The notes under the pieces were generated by a model, which worked only from the letters and a program-made list of their open reading frames with translations, was not told where the DNA came from and ran no database searches. DNA of 64,000 bases from Eledone cirrhosa (taxonomy: Eukaryota): positions 178,436,001 to 178,500,000 of the forward strand of contig OZ024742.1 in NCBI GenBank assembly GCA_964016885.1, in the 5' to 3' direction. Positions 50,096 through 63,665 of this stretch are shown one piece after another; the first letter of the stretch is position 1; each line of letters starts with the position of its first letter. The translations under genes and the position numbers were made by a program.

Positions 50096-50782
50096 TAGCA
50101 GTTTTTCAGCATTGTGACTAGAATGCTATTATGATCAGTCATGTTGTTTGTACTGAGAGACTGGAGAAAGTGTTACATTTAGAAATGGTAGAATTGGGGT
50201 AAGAAAAATTATCAAGGTGGAATAATAATGTAAAGGGGTGAGGAATAAAACTGGAGTTGAATCAAACAGCAGCTACATGGCAGTGGTGCTGAAAGATCCC
50301 TTTTGGTTAGTAAGCAGAGGCTATGTTAATTTACCAAAAATTGTAGAGATGTGTTTGGCAAGGAACCAAAGTGAACATTTTCTAGGGAAAATAGAAAACT
50401 GCTTTGTTGGCTGCATTGTCAAAGACATTTTTTTTTTTTTTTTGTACACTTTCCTGGTAGTCTGCCAGATAAAAAAATTCTTTTGTCAAAGGTTGTGAGT
50501 GGATTTTAAGAATATTTGTTCGGTCACAGTATAAGATTTTCTGTATTTTGTCAGAAAATATGTTCAGAAGTTGTGGATAAATATGTAAGTACATAGCAAA
50601 TAGACTAAGAACATGATTGGTTGAGAGATTGGTTGCGTTGAGAAAAATCAAAGGCCAACATACACAGTCACTGTAGTTGTATCATAGCTATGTACCCTAT
50701 ATAGTATAAACTTCCATGGAAGTTGAGGGTACATGAAGAACAGGTAATAATCTTCAATCCATCCCTATACTATTCTAATTTA

Positions 50783-51282
50783 ACTCTTAACATCCTCTAA
50801 TTTAACAGAAAATGAAAGTATCTAAAAACATGCGTTAATTCAAATGTTTATCATATCTTTACTAGTGGAGGGATCATTGTGAAAATCTGCCCTATTAGAC
50901 TAAAAACTTAAATTCTTAAATGTTGTAGTCATAGTGCTATTTTGTACATTTCTAGAATGTCTTGATGTGGTTTCATGAGGTACAGGATATTAAGATTTAA
51001 GGATGTTTTAATATATGCATAATATACATCCTGTGATACAGCCTAGTGATAAAAAACAAAAAGAATCTGTTCTTCATATTTAACCCTTAACATCCTCTAA
51101 TAATTTAGCAGAAAATATCTAAAAACAGGTTTGTTAAATCAAATATTTTCATATCTTTACTAGTGAATAAATCTCTGTAAAAAAATTGCAGTAAACTAGA
51201 GAACTTTATGCAATGTAGTCATAGTACTGTTTTATACTTTTCAAAAATGTCTTGCTAATGCAGATTCATGTGGAACTAGATA
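50783..51282 (+). mobile_element. Two copies of TTAA MITE family P3 (other copies near 13.8-14.0, 55.8-56.2 and 57.0 kb)
   Basis: TTAA-C(T/C)CTTAACATCCTC...GGATATTAAGA-type ends. Confidence 0.6.
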
Positions 51283-51527
51283 TTAACCCCTTTAGTACCA
51301 AACCACCTGAAACTGGGCCAGGTTCAATAATACAAAATTGTTCATTTTAAAGTGTTAATATTTATCTAAAGCTGTTCCATTGTACTTTTATGTAAAAATC
51401 TTTGTTCTAAACACCAGCACAATGAGATGATGATATTACTTAAATCCCTCAAAATTCTTGATTATTTAAAAAACTATATGAAGATCACAGGCAGTATCTT
51501 TCATTAGAAATATTGTAATGAGAGTTC

Positions 51528-51770
51528 ATCATCATCATCATCATCATCGTTTAACGTCCGTGTTCCACGCTTGCATGGGTTTGGACGGGGGTTTTCCCAC
51601 TTGAGGCAAGAGTGATTGTCTTGCTCGCATAGGACTGTCTGGCAGGTTTTCTACAGTTGGATGCCCTTCCTAACACCAACCACATTTACAGTGTGGGTCT
51701 GGGAGGTTTTTACCGTGTTGCCTACACGGCCACATTACAGCGTGGACTGTGTGTTTTTTTTGTCGTGACA
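51528..51770 (-). mobile_element. SINE-B 3' half
   Basis: (CAT)n CGTTTAACGTCC...GGATGCCCTTCCTAACACCAACC. Confidence 0.85.
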
Positions 51771-52994
51771 CCTACACGATCTCATTTGTTTCGGCCTGGA
51801 TGGTGTGGCACCAACATAACTTTACATAGAAGGGGGGCGGTGTGGATGGGAAATCTACAGGAGTTAAACAGATGGAGAGGATTTAGAAAATATATACATA
51901 TCACTTAAATATATATAAATTAATTCAACAATTGGGAATTTGGTAAGTTTTTGCTTACATCAACCATAAGGTTTATGTTAAAATTATCAACATCAGAAAT
52001 TCCCTTATCACTTCTGTTTTTTTAATCCTTCTCTTATTCATTCAACAGTTATTATGCCTCATACTTTAGATAATCTCATTACTAAAATACTTTTCTTAAA
52101 TAATACTATTTAGTGATCTACATGATAAACACACCCGTACATGCTGTATTAAGGCTGGTGATAGAAAGTGCATCCAACTATAGAAAGCTTGTCAAACAAA
52201 GAGTTGAGAGGACTCTTCAGTCATGTCAAGGACATGACAGCCTCTCTAGTGTTTGGTGATTTATGTGATAAATGCACCCAGTATACAATGTAAAGTGGTT
52301 GGTGATAAGAAGGGCATCCAGCCATAGAAATCTTGCCAAACAAGACAACTTCTGTACACTTGGTAGAATGTGAGACCGTACATAAGAGAGAACCAGATCT
52401 GTAGCCCCACATCAGTACTGACTTGGTCTATGTAGACCCATCCAAATGATGATGATTAACAGTTGCTATTTAATTTCATATATATTCTCAATTTTTCTCT
52501 AATAGACATTGATATTTTGTCATCTTTTTGCCTTATATATATGTGTGTGTGTGATCATTTTACCTCTGCTTTTTATGCTTGTGTTGGTGGAAAAATTTAT
52601 CAAGATCCAAGAGCAATGGGTCAAAATGACCTCACCTTGGTCCTGTGTTCCATATTTCGCATAGATACTATGGGTAAATGCCCTTCTTAATTCCAGAAAC
52701 CTTGCAGTGTGTACTGGATATGTTTTTTCATGGTACCACTGCTACCATTTTACAGAGTGTACTGGGTGTCTTTTATCATAGTGCCAACACTAGTCTTCTC
52801 AAACCCTGTGTTGTCACCATGAGTGTCAATAGCATAACAAGTGAGAGTGACTGGTTCTACTCTCAACTTGAGTCTGTAGGTCAGAAAAGGAGAACTTTCA
52901 AAGAGGTCTCTTGCTAGTCAGGGTGACCATGAGCTTGTAGGGTTCCTCAATCATATCTATTTAGATCTGTATCAGGGTACTTTCTCCTTGTGTA

Positions 52995-53345
52995 TATTAT
53001 ATATAAAAGTTAAAGACCCTCTTCAGCCAAGAAAGATTTCACCCAGAAAACTCCCTGACCAGGACATAAACCCGGCCAAAGTGTTTTTGTGGAAGATTAG
53101 CAGTTGCTCATGCTTACCAGTTTCCTATTTCCACACCACTGATGTTGTCCAAGGGAAAGGCAAAGATCAATATAGTTTGACACCAGCGACATCACAACTC
53201 ATTTTTTTCAAGCTGAGGAAACTGGAGCAATGTCAAATAAATGTCTTGCTCAAGGACACAAGACACTGCTTTGTCTTGGAATCAAACTCACAACTTTATG
53301 ATTGTGAACCTAACCTTCTAATCACTAAGCCACATGCTTTCACAT
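52995..53345 (-). mobile_element. CORE-SINE
   Basis: Homologous to 30085-30420. Confidence 0.8.
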
Positions 53346-53439
53346 ATTGTATATATATTTATATCATTTTGTTCCCCCAATCATTTGATTTCCTTGTGAA
53401 CCCCAGCTCTTTATGTAACCTCTCCTTGTATTGTCTCCC

Positions 53440-53865
53440 TCATCCACAAGCCCTCATTGACTTTTTCAAGTTCCACTTGGAAAGGAAGGTAAGGGCAGAG
53501 GAGGAAGGGCTGCTCCTCCCCTTTTCCAGTTTATTTGTTGGTTAAAAGGTGGGTGAATGTAGCAAGAATGAACTGAGTAAATGGGCCTACTTTAAGCATA
53601 CACCTGTAGGCTGAAGAGAATTGAGGGAAGAGGGGACCTTGCCTATGGTGTCCTTGGTGATTGGAATGACCTTTGATCTGTGGGTGTTTTAATTACCCCT
53701 GAGTGATGTTCCACCCTCTTGGGGAATTCTGATGTTATTTACTATTACTTATTTACCTGTGGTTTTATCTCTTTGCTTGTTTTTATGTAAATCCCAACTG
53801 TCTCTGTTTCTTTGTATTGCCCTTAATGGTACTTAATTGGTACCAGTGACCAATAAAGGAATTAT
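53440..53865 (+). mobile_element. Tx1/L1-clade LINE 3' end
   Basis: LIDFFKFHLERK matches the reverse of 3095-3135; ends GTGACCAATAAAGGAATTAT. Confidence 0.7.
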
Positions 53866-53867
53866 CA

Positions 53868-54050
53868 TCAGGTTAGTTGATTGGTAGAATCATTAGTGAG
53901 TCAGTATTTGGTCTGGCTCAAAATGCCACTGAAGTAAACTTGGCCTTTCATCATTCTGGGGTCAATGAAATAAAGTACCAGTTAAGAACTGGGGTTGATA
54001 TAATTGACCTTCCCCTCCCCACAAATTATTATATTCTGCCAAAATTAGAC
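53868..54050 (+). mobile_element. Decayed SINE-A immediately 3' of the Tx1-like LINE
   Basis: GCCTTTCATCATTCTGGGGTCAATGAAATAAAGTACCAG. Confidence 0.7.
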
Positions 54051-54427
54051 ATCATCATCATTATCATGATTATTGTTATTTGTTTTCTTTTGGATTAATT
54101 AATTATTGGCTGTAAATAATTTAATGAGTGAACGAATATGTTTTGATATTAGAAGGAAGGGGTTAAAGTAATGTTTGAATTTTAGTTGAATTTAAATGAA
54201 ATTTCATGGAAATATCATAATAATCAGTAAAATTGATGGTGGTGGCGGTGGTGACAATATACCATAGCAGCAGTAGTTCTTTTGCTCTCTCACTCTAAAA
54301 TAGAAGTAGTTGCCAAGGAGTTTGTTACTAACATGTTTACTAAACATATGCTGTTGGCCCCTTTACACACACAATTCAGTCACAAGTGGCAGTTGTGGTG
54401 AGGCATATATTCTGAATAGAATGGCAC

Positions 54428-54481
54428 TCACACACACACATATGCACATACATACACACACACACACGCACATATATGCAC

Positions 54482-54512
<31 letters not shown>

Positions 54513-54730
54513 TAAATGTGTGTGTGTGTGCGTACACACATGTATATATGTGTGTGTGTGTGGATATGTGATGTGTGCTTATGTATTGTGTATATATTTA
54601 TGCTTTCATATATATATTTAAATGTGTGTGTGTATATATATATATATGTGTGTGTGTGTGTCTGTGTGTATATATATATATGTGTGTGTGTATATATATG
54701 TATATATATATATACATATATGTATGTATG
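54428..54730. repeat. (CA)n/(TG)n/(TA)n compound microsatellite
   Basis: Direct reading. Confidence 0.9.
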
Positions 54731-56499
54731 TAGATATTGTACCTTTGTTACCAGCAGGTGACTATGTTCAAAATAAACTTGAAAAACAAAGCAAGCAAGA
54801 AACTCAAGCGTCAAACATCTGTGCTTCTTCTATATCAGTGTCTTTAAGCTTCTTTCTTACCCTTATTCTTTTCTTACTTTTATGAAGAAATCTTAGCTAA
54901 CCAATCTCTGAAAATTCTCCCACAACTTCTATTTCTAGAATATATGTTTTCTGTTACCTACTTTCATTCTAATCTCTTTGCAGTGAATATTTCTGATTCT
55001 CTAAGATCAAATTTCTCCCTCTGATCTTTCTAGATAGTTATTCTATCTGATTATTCCGGTCAATTTTTCTTTCTTATTAACCCTTTTGTGATTGTATTTC
55101 TAATTAAGTACACTTTATTTAATATTAATTAATGAAGAATTTTCAGGGATTTACTATTATTATTTCCTTATTAAGTTAGTAACTCAACGTATGACTCTTA
55201 TAAAAATTAAGTTGATTAATTTTAATATAAATTATGTTGGAAGATTTTAATTTAATTAGGAACCCTTTATTTCAATTAATTAATGAAGAATTTTGAGAGA
55301 TTTACTAAAATTGTTTCAATAAGAGAGTAAATTATACTTCTTATATAAAATGATATTGGAAGATGTTAATTTAAATAGGAACATTCTATTTCAGTTAATA
55401 AACGAAAAATTTTGAGGGATTTACTAAAATTATTATTTCAATAAGATAGGAACTTAATGTATGGTTCTGATATAAAAATTATGTTGGAAGATGTTAATTT
55501 AAATAGGAAACTTTTGAAATGGGTGGTTTTGTTTCATAGAACCTAAACCAGTTTAGCCCAGTCTGGTTTGAAAAGGGTTAAACTATTATTTATTGGTTAT
55601 TCCAAAACTAAAAATCGTAAGAGCAGTCATTATGCTTGTTTTCTCCTGTTTCATTTTGAAAAGCTCTGCAAATTAATTTACTCTTTTTACAAATATCTAG
55701 GCATGTTTAACCTAGTTGATCCCAGTTAAAACCAGTTCTGCTTCTAATCCCAATTTTAAATGGTTTACTATTTGCAAAGATTCACCAAGATCTGTCCACT
55801 AGTAAAAAATACTATAAATATTTGAGTTAATAATCCACATGAAGTCATATTAGACATTCTTGAAAAGTACATAGTAGCACTGACAACATTACATTAAAGA
55901 TTAGTCTATACATTAGTTTGTTTATTGCAAATTTTCATAATAATCTGTTCACTAATAACGATACTATAAATATTTGAATTAACAAACCACACGAAACTAC
56001 ATTAGCACGATATTCTTGAAAAGTACAAAACAGCATTATGACTGTATCATATTAAATATTAAAATCTTTAGTCTAATACTGCAAATTTTTACAACGATAT
56101 GTCTGCTAATAAAAATATAAACATTTGAATTAACAAATCTGTTTTTAAATGTTTTCTGCTAAATCATTACAAGATGTTAAGAGTTAAGACAGATAAGGGC
56201 AATAAATCCACAGATGTGGCTTAAACCACATATCTTTTATTTGGTGGATGACTTTGCTACTGATTTCACAACAGCATGTCTGATCTTCCATCTGCTCAAA
56301 TTATCTCCTATAAATTATTTCTACTCTTTAAATAGAAAAAAAAACAAAAAAACTGTTTAGAGTTCTTAATTTGGTCCGCTCTCTATAAATATTTGCTGAT
56401 AATACTTGCTATTAAAATGTGTGTTTATAATGTCATATACCTGGTGGTTTTTAACTTTTGCTTTGTGTTCTGGACAGAAAAAGGAAAATAAAATGTATT

Positions 56500-56805
56500 T
56501 TCCAGGTAAATGTAACCTCAGCAGGTTTAGTTCACCTCCTATTAGGTTGCATCTTCTAAGAGGTTATTCAGGTGTTTTAATGATAGGGGTTCCAGTCATA
56601 TCATGTTGTTGTTTTTACAGTTCACACCTATGAAGATTTAACTGGCCTCCTATGAAGCTGCATCTCACTGGAGGTTTCTCAGGTGTTTTAATGAAAGGAG
56701 CCACACTCCTATGATGTTACAGTTCACACCTATTCAGATTTAGCTGACCTCCTATGAGGTTGTATATCTTAGGTTTCACAGATGTTTTAATGATAGGGGC
56801 TCCAG
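56500..56805. repeat. Degenerate ~105-bp tandem repeat, about 3 copies
   Basis: Repeated CCTCCTAT...CAGGTGTTTTAATGA...TACAGTTCACACCTAT. Confidence 0.7.
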
Positions 56806-58793
56806 GCCAGTTAGGAAGGGCAATATGAAATGAAGTGTCTTGCTCAAGAACTCAATATGCTACCCAATCCTGGAATCAAACCTATGACTATGATTATGTG
56901 TTCTACACCCTAACCACGAGGCCACATGCTTTCATTTCTTCATTGAAGTGTAGACTTTTGTAGGAATTTTGAACTTGCAATGATTTTTCAATATAAGAAT
57001 CAGAGAAACCAAATAAAATTTGACTCTTAATATCCTGAAATGAAAGTATCTAAAAATAGGTTTGTTAATTCAAATGTTTGTAGTATCTTTATTAGTGTAC
57101 AGATTGTGAATATTTTGCAGCCAACTAAAGTAAAGACTTTAAGCCTTTTGATACTAAACTACTTGAAACTGACTCTGGTTCTGTTTGTTTTTAAATGTTT
57201 ATATTTAGCTATAAATCTCCTGATCATGATTTTAAGTAAGAAACTTGGCTAATTTTTGCTCCAAACACCAGCTTAATAACGATAAAGTTAGTTATATTAC
57301 TAAATGCCTCCACATTTACCAAAAGCTATAAAACAAATTTACAAAATATTTCAGGGTAATAAGCTGGCAATGAATATATCCTAGATAAATGAAGGCATAT
57401 GTTAACACAGTTCTCTTATTTAATCCTTTTAATACCAACCCACTGGGATCCTACCTCCTCCCAGTTCTATACTACAAAACTTTTTATGGAGGTGTTTATA
57501 TTTAACTAAAAATCTCCCATTGTAATTTTCAGCTAAATAGTAAGTTAATTATATTACTAAATTGCCCCAAATACATGATTTTCATGTATTACTGAGGCAG
57601 TATGGTAAAGAAAATGGTTTGGTAGGTAAGCTTGTATACCCTACCAGAGTATTCCCCCAAACTTTCTTTTTACTTGTGGTGCATTGTAATCCTTTTGAAA
57701 CCAAACTGCTTAAAAACCACCCCTGGTTCTATCGCACAAAATAGTTTATTTTAAACTGTATATATTTATTTAAAAACCTAATCATAATTTTAAGTAAGAA
57801 CCTTTAAGTTAGCTTCCAAACGCCAGCTTAATAGGTTTGTGGTTGAACCTGTATCAGTGGAGAAGTCTGACATTCTTGCCCCATCTCAGCCCATCACAGA
57901 CCAACTTCCTACTCACTATTATTGGGGTAGAGTGGGCCACTCACAGGAGTCAGGCCCACGAGTTGGAATGGCTGATCTAACACATCTTCCTCACCATCTT
58001 TTGTGGCAACATTTTCTGTAATCTATCTGCTCTGACCATGTTGTGGCCTACACATGTGCTCCCATACACAAGAAAACACTCCCCAACACTGTCCAGGTCC
58101 ACGTCACATTTATGATGAAGAACTAATCATTGAGGATTATCTTGAATGTTACGAGTCAGCACACATATTAATAAGAATATTAGTTATATTACTACATCAC
58201 CATCCCACCCTCTCCAAGTCTTAATTATGTTCAAAATTATCTGATAATGATAGGCAGCGTATTTTATTTGAAATATGATAGGGAAACATTTAAAGCAAGT
58301 TAAAATATGTTGGTGCACTTAGTACATAGGGTAAAAATAATACATTAAAGAAGAGTGTTTATGTATTTTAGTCTAAATATAGCTATATATATCATCATCA
58401 GTTTACATCCATTTTTCCATGCTTCATCATCATCATCATCATCATCTTCGTTTAATGTCCGTTTTCCACGCTAGCATGGGTTAGACGGGTTATGTATATA
58501 TATATATGTATAAATATAAATAATTGAAACTATAGACAACTATTAAGTACTTAGCTTTTATTCAATAAATGAAGCGTAGTTATGAATAACATGACCTTGA
58601 TGGGGTATGTTTTTCTTTGTTTGGTTATTTTGGCAATGTTTTCTATATTTGGATGTATTTCAGATAAACATACCCTCATCTCATCTTCAATACAGTGATC
58701 TTTCTTTCTCTCTCTCTCTAGATTTCTTTCTCTCTCTCTCTCTAGATTTCTATCTCTCTCTCACTCTAGATTTCTATCTCTCTCTCTCTCTCA

Positions 58794-58831
<38 letters not shown>

Positions 58832-59110
58832 ATTGTATTTTTAGGTGCATTGAGCTTATGAATTTTTTAATATATGTTAGCTTAAAGTCAATGCTAGTTT
58901 TTGATTATTAACAATAGTCCAAGTTGGGCTCTGTGGAAAGTGAATGTGAAATGACGATGATAATGATGTATAATGGTATTGATAAACAGTTCGTAAACTT
59001 TCCATGTTAAGTTTACTCTCATGGGAAAAGTTAGTTGTGATAGAGCAACACCTTAGCTAGGGGTAGATTTATGTCTAGGTAAATACACTCAATGCCACAT
59101 GTCTCTAGAC

Positions 59111-59845
59111 CAGTGTTTCTCAACTAGTGTTCCCCAAAATCCTAGGTTACCACAAGAGGTTGCTTGGGGTTCCATGAAAAACAGTCATAAATAAGCTAAT
59201 GTGTGGTCTCATGAAGAAGCAGTATGATTTTTTATTTTTTTGCATTGCCAATGAATTTATCAAAAGAAGGGGTCATTTTTTTTCCTTAACCCTTTAGTGT
59301 TTACATGATTCTATATTTGCTTTTGTATTTTCGTGGTAAACACTTTATCTCACATAATATCGAATCTTCAAGATTTTGATATTATTTATTTTGAGAACAA
59401 TACCTTAACATAAGTACAAGCAGCCAGTTACGACCGGTTTGAACAGAAATAGGTGAGAGAATTCTGGCTGGATACAACTGGTTTAAATGCTTAAAGGGTT
59501 AAACCAGTCATCTGAAAAAAAAAAAAAAAAAAAATTGTTTTACCATGTGAACAATGATAAAAATATAAAATAGATTGATATTAATAATTGTTTCTACTTT
59601 AGGCACAAGGCCAGCAATTACCCAGTGCATTACTGGTACTTTATTTTATCAACCCCGTAAGGATGAAAGGCAAAGTCAACCTCGGCGGGATTTGAACTCA
59701 GATTGTAAAGGGACGTACGTAACTATGCTGGAAAGCATGGCGTCCGACCCTCTACCGATACTGCCAATATTAATAATGGTATTTAATAATTTTTATGCTA
59801 TTTCAAGGGTTCCTTCCACATGAGTAAAAAGTTTGAGAAACACTG
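59111..59845. mobile_element. hAT Charlie-type MITE hosting a P1 MITE (59290-59498) and a SINE-A (59588-59768)
   Basis: TIR CAGTGTTTCTCAA/TTGAGAAACACTG; TSD CTCTAGAC/CTCCAGAT. Confidence 0.85.
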
Positions 59846-60496
59846 CTCCAGATACTCAATACCATGTATCTCTAGACATCCAGAGTCACATGTCTCTAGA
59901 CAGAGACACTGAATGCCACATGTCCAATATATCTGGAGTCATTTAGTAAAGTTGATGTTCCATGTAATAGACGTTGTTTCCCTGTTTGTTTAACATTATT
60001 GAAACTGAACCAAAGCAGGATACCATTGAATTGTGTGTCATGTAATCACGAATATCCTATTACTGTATACAGTTTAACTTTCTCATGCTGTTATCTAATC
60101 TACTGTTTCCATTGTTTGACAATAATGATAAATCAAGGTAATCTTATACACCATTTAATCAATAGGCTAACAAGGAGATTTCTGCATGGTTGCACAAAAT
60201 GTTAGAAGTAACAGCCAAATTTCACTCAAATTACAGCATGCCATTTTAAGATGTAAAGGTGCATGTGGTCTCATGGTTAGAGTATGGGGCTCATGAAGGT
60301 CAGATCAGGTCATGGTTTCAATCTTTGAGCTGGGGGACACATTGTGTCTTTGAGCAAGTCACTTCATTCCACATTGCTCCCATCTACACAATTGAAAAAA
60401 ATGAATACCAACAGCAGAAACAGCTGGTTAACCATGAGTTACTTAACACCACAGAAAACCAGAAGTCTCAGCTTCATGAACTCTAGAAATAATTAA

Positions 60497-61080
60497 CCCT
60501 TTAGCATTTACATTACTCCATATACACTATTGTATTTTCATGGTAAAGTCTTTATCTCACATAATATCAATTGAGGTTGTGAGTTCGATTCCTGGACAGG
60601 GCGATGCGTTATGTCCTTGAGCAAGACACTTTATTTCACGTTGCTCCTTCAACCTGGAGTTGCGACCGATAGATAGTATTAGCAACTGGAAAGACCAACG
60701 GAAACATTGTTTCCTAGGTCTGATTTGATGAAAGTCGATCGATCCTTTATTTTGAGAACAATATCTTCACATCAATATGGGTGGCCAGTTACAGCTAGTT
60801 TGAACAGAAAGAGGTGAGAAAATTCTGGTCAGATACGGTCGGTTTAAATCCTAAAGGATTAACCCTTTAGTATTCACATTACTCTATATTTACTGTTGTA
60901 TTTTCACAGTAAACACTTTATCTTGCATAAATATCTCTCATAACATCGTATCTACAAGATTTTGATACTTATTTTGTTAACAATACCTTAACCTTAGTAT
61001 GAGCAGCCGGTTACAGCCAGTTTGAAAGGAAAGGGGTGAGAGAATTCTGGTCAGATATGGCCGGTTTAAATGATAAAGGA
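60497..61080 (-). mobile_element. Two tandem P1 MITEs (60497-60858, 60863-61080) sharing one TTAA; the first carries a CORE-SINE fragment
   Basis: TTAA at 60493, 60859 and 61081; CCCTTTAG TIRs. Confidence 0.85.
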
Positions 61081-61132
61081 TTAAACTTTAAGAGGGTGTT
61101 ATAGTTTGCTTGAAGCATTGTGTAAAGTGTAG

Positions 61133-61317
61133 AAAATAGTGCTTTATTTGAAGGCTACCACAAGGTGAATTGGATGGTAAATGTTAAAAATCTTTTATTA
61201 CAAAATATAAGTATCTATAAAGAACTGTGAGGGTACACTCCAACATCACTATATTATATTTTTAACATTTACTGTCCAATTTACACTGTGGTAGCTTTCA
61301 AAGAAAACACTATTTTG
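61133..61317. mobile_element. MITE-like element with ~57-bp imperfect TIRs
   Basis: AAAATAGTGCTTTATTTGAAGGCTACCAC...GTGGTAGCTTTCAAAGAAAACACTATTTT. Confidence 0.65.
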
Positions 61318-61899
61318 TAGGCTTAAACTTTATTACTTTAATTTTAAAAAGCAGAAGGGTACATTGGATAATGTGGTCCTGGATCACACTGCCTGAAAAA
61401 CAAAAACACTCAGGTAGCCATGACTAAAATGTCTTTAATCACAGATCTGCTTAATCAAGTCAAGCATCAGAAAGGGTATCTGGCCATAGAAAGAATTCTG
61501 CCTAAAAAAGCTTCATCCAACCCATGCCAGCATAGAAAAATGGATGTAAAACTAATGATGATAATGATGGTTAATGTGACAATTTCAGAAGCAAGCAGCT
61601 AAGCTATATATATATCCTAATGTAACTAATATTTCATCAATAATCTAAGAATATTTCCTAATGATATCTCATATCATTATATGGGTCTTATCTATTCTTT
61701 GGAAGTTGTTGTTGTTTAGCACTAGGAAAGCCTGATCAAGCAACAGACCATTGATCAAAGATAATCCAAGTGGTGACTGTACTCGTGTTTTTTACCTTTT
61801 TTTCATTCTAGGCATAGTATATCTCAGACTGCTTATCTAATGTCTTTCCTTTCTTTTAAGGCAGTAGAGTAGGGAGATTTTACATATGATAATGATAAT

Positions 61900-62072
61900 A
61901 ATAATTGTTTTTACTTTTGACACAAGGCCAGCATTTTGAAGGGAAGAGGAAGTTGATTAAATCAACTCCAGTGCATTGCTGGTTCTTTGTTATCAACCTT
62001 CTTCAGAATGTAGAGCTGTAATTATATGTCACAAAGTCTGATGCTCTACTGATACTGCCAATCCACTGCCCT
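61900..62072 (-). mobile_element. SINE-A (internally deleted)
   Basis: Tail and head match. Confidence 0.75.
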
Positions 62073-62440
62073 AAAATTAATAACTAGTGGAACCCACAGA
62101 ACAAAAAAAATTAGGAGGAGCTATTTAAGAAAGGAAGGATGATTTAGATTTTTATAGCATATAAATATTGTTGCATGTACAACAAAGGATACAAAAAAAA
62201 TATACAATAACATCTATGCAATACTTAATATACATATTATTCATTAGCATTTAATTTTACTGAAGCTGCAAGATCAATATATAATTACATATTCCTTATT
62301 ACACAATATTTTATCATAAGTACTTTAAATTATATACAATTAATTTATACAAAACAATATAGAGAATATACACAATCTTTTTATTCATATGACTAGTTTC
62401 AATTCCATTCCAACTTGCAACACTTTAACTGGGCTCAGAA

Positions 62441-63665
62441 TTATCTTAATATCTCTTTGTATACAACGTTCTTTGTCACAGTTTTATTACCTGGCCTCCC
62501 TTACATATCAGTGTTCAATACTTTAATTTTTACATTTGATTACCTGTGTACTCTTGAAAAGTGACATAATATTGCCCATGGCTAAATACTGGCTCAGGAA
62601 GGAACACACCTACTTTATTGTGATGGTTGACCCTGGCTCTTGTTGATTATCATAGCATGCGATAGTCTTACTGGAAGCTAGACTCTTTCCAAAGTAAAAA
62701 AGATGTTGGGATCACTGGGGGCTAGCTTCAGTCTTGGGATCACAACTTTCCTGTCGATTGATATGAGAAGCTTCGATGGAATCTTGATGCAGAACCACTA
62801 CTTTTAATCTTGTGCCATTGAAAATCTGTTCTGGATTGAAATATTGTGTAGAAGCATTATTATTGATCCTGCTTTTAATTGGTTTGAGTTCACAAATTCA
62901 GTAAAATAGGGTCATTCTCCATGTATTATAAGCTAGCCTGTACACTGTATGTGATGCACCATGAAACTGAAATTCAGAGAGATACCACATACCTGCAACC
63001 AAGATAGTTTATTTCATCATGGTTGCATTGGTTCTGATAATCATTAGATAATGCATTATTGGTTACTTCTATATCATGCCTCTTGTAAACATATTTAACC
63101 TTTTAGCATTTAAACCGGCCATATCTGGCCAGAATTCTCTCACTTCTTTCTGTTCAAACTGGCTGTAACTGGCTGCTCATACTGACGTTAAGGTATTGTT
63201 CTCAAAATAAATTACATCAAAATCTCATGGATTCCATATTATGTGTGATAATTATGTGAAGTAAAGACTTTACTATAAAAATATAATAGTATATATATAT
63301 ATAGAGTAATGCAAATGCTAAAGGGTTAAAGATGCACTTCTTGCTCTTTACTGTTCTTGGTCAATGGCGTGCATTGTATTGTACACTTCAGCATATGGAT
63401 TACATTCATGCAACACCTCACTTATCATAGTCATTGTTTGCAGTGCTTCCAATCTGTGCTGCACAGCTTCATTCATATCAACAATATATAACTGGCTATA
63501 TTATGCTGTATTTTCTACACCATAAAAAGAGATTTCTCAGTCTCTCTGCAATGGAGGCATCACAATTTTTCCATTATTACAACAGTTATAACTTTCATTT
63601 CTAAATTTCAAAGCTCCACAATGATCGCATGAAACATTCATACACCAATACGAAATTCTTCTACA
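62441..63665 (-). pseudogene. Helitron Rep/Pif1-helicase pseudogene fragments
   Basis: CDHCGALKF..YNCCNNGKIVMPPL; YSQLYIVD; LHECNPYA; KCIFKYVYKRHD; NGTRL; VIPRLKL; PVRLSHAMIINKSQGQ; PVFSHGQYYV; TKNVVYKEILR*; contains stops and frameshifts. Confidence 0.9.
63099..63325 (+). mobile_element. piggyBac-like MITE P1 inserted in the Helitron Rep motif
   Basis: TTAA TSD at 63095-63098 and 63326-63329; TIR CC(T/C)TTTAGCATTT. Confidence 0.92.

Noticed and set aside
52988-53545. 185-aa ORF
   Set aside because: An antisense CORE-SINE fused to a LINE remnant.
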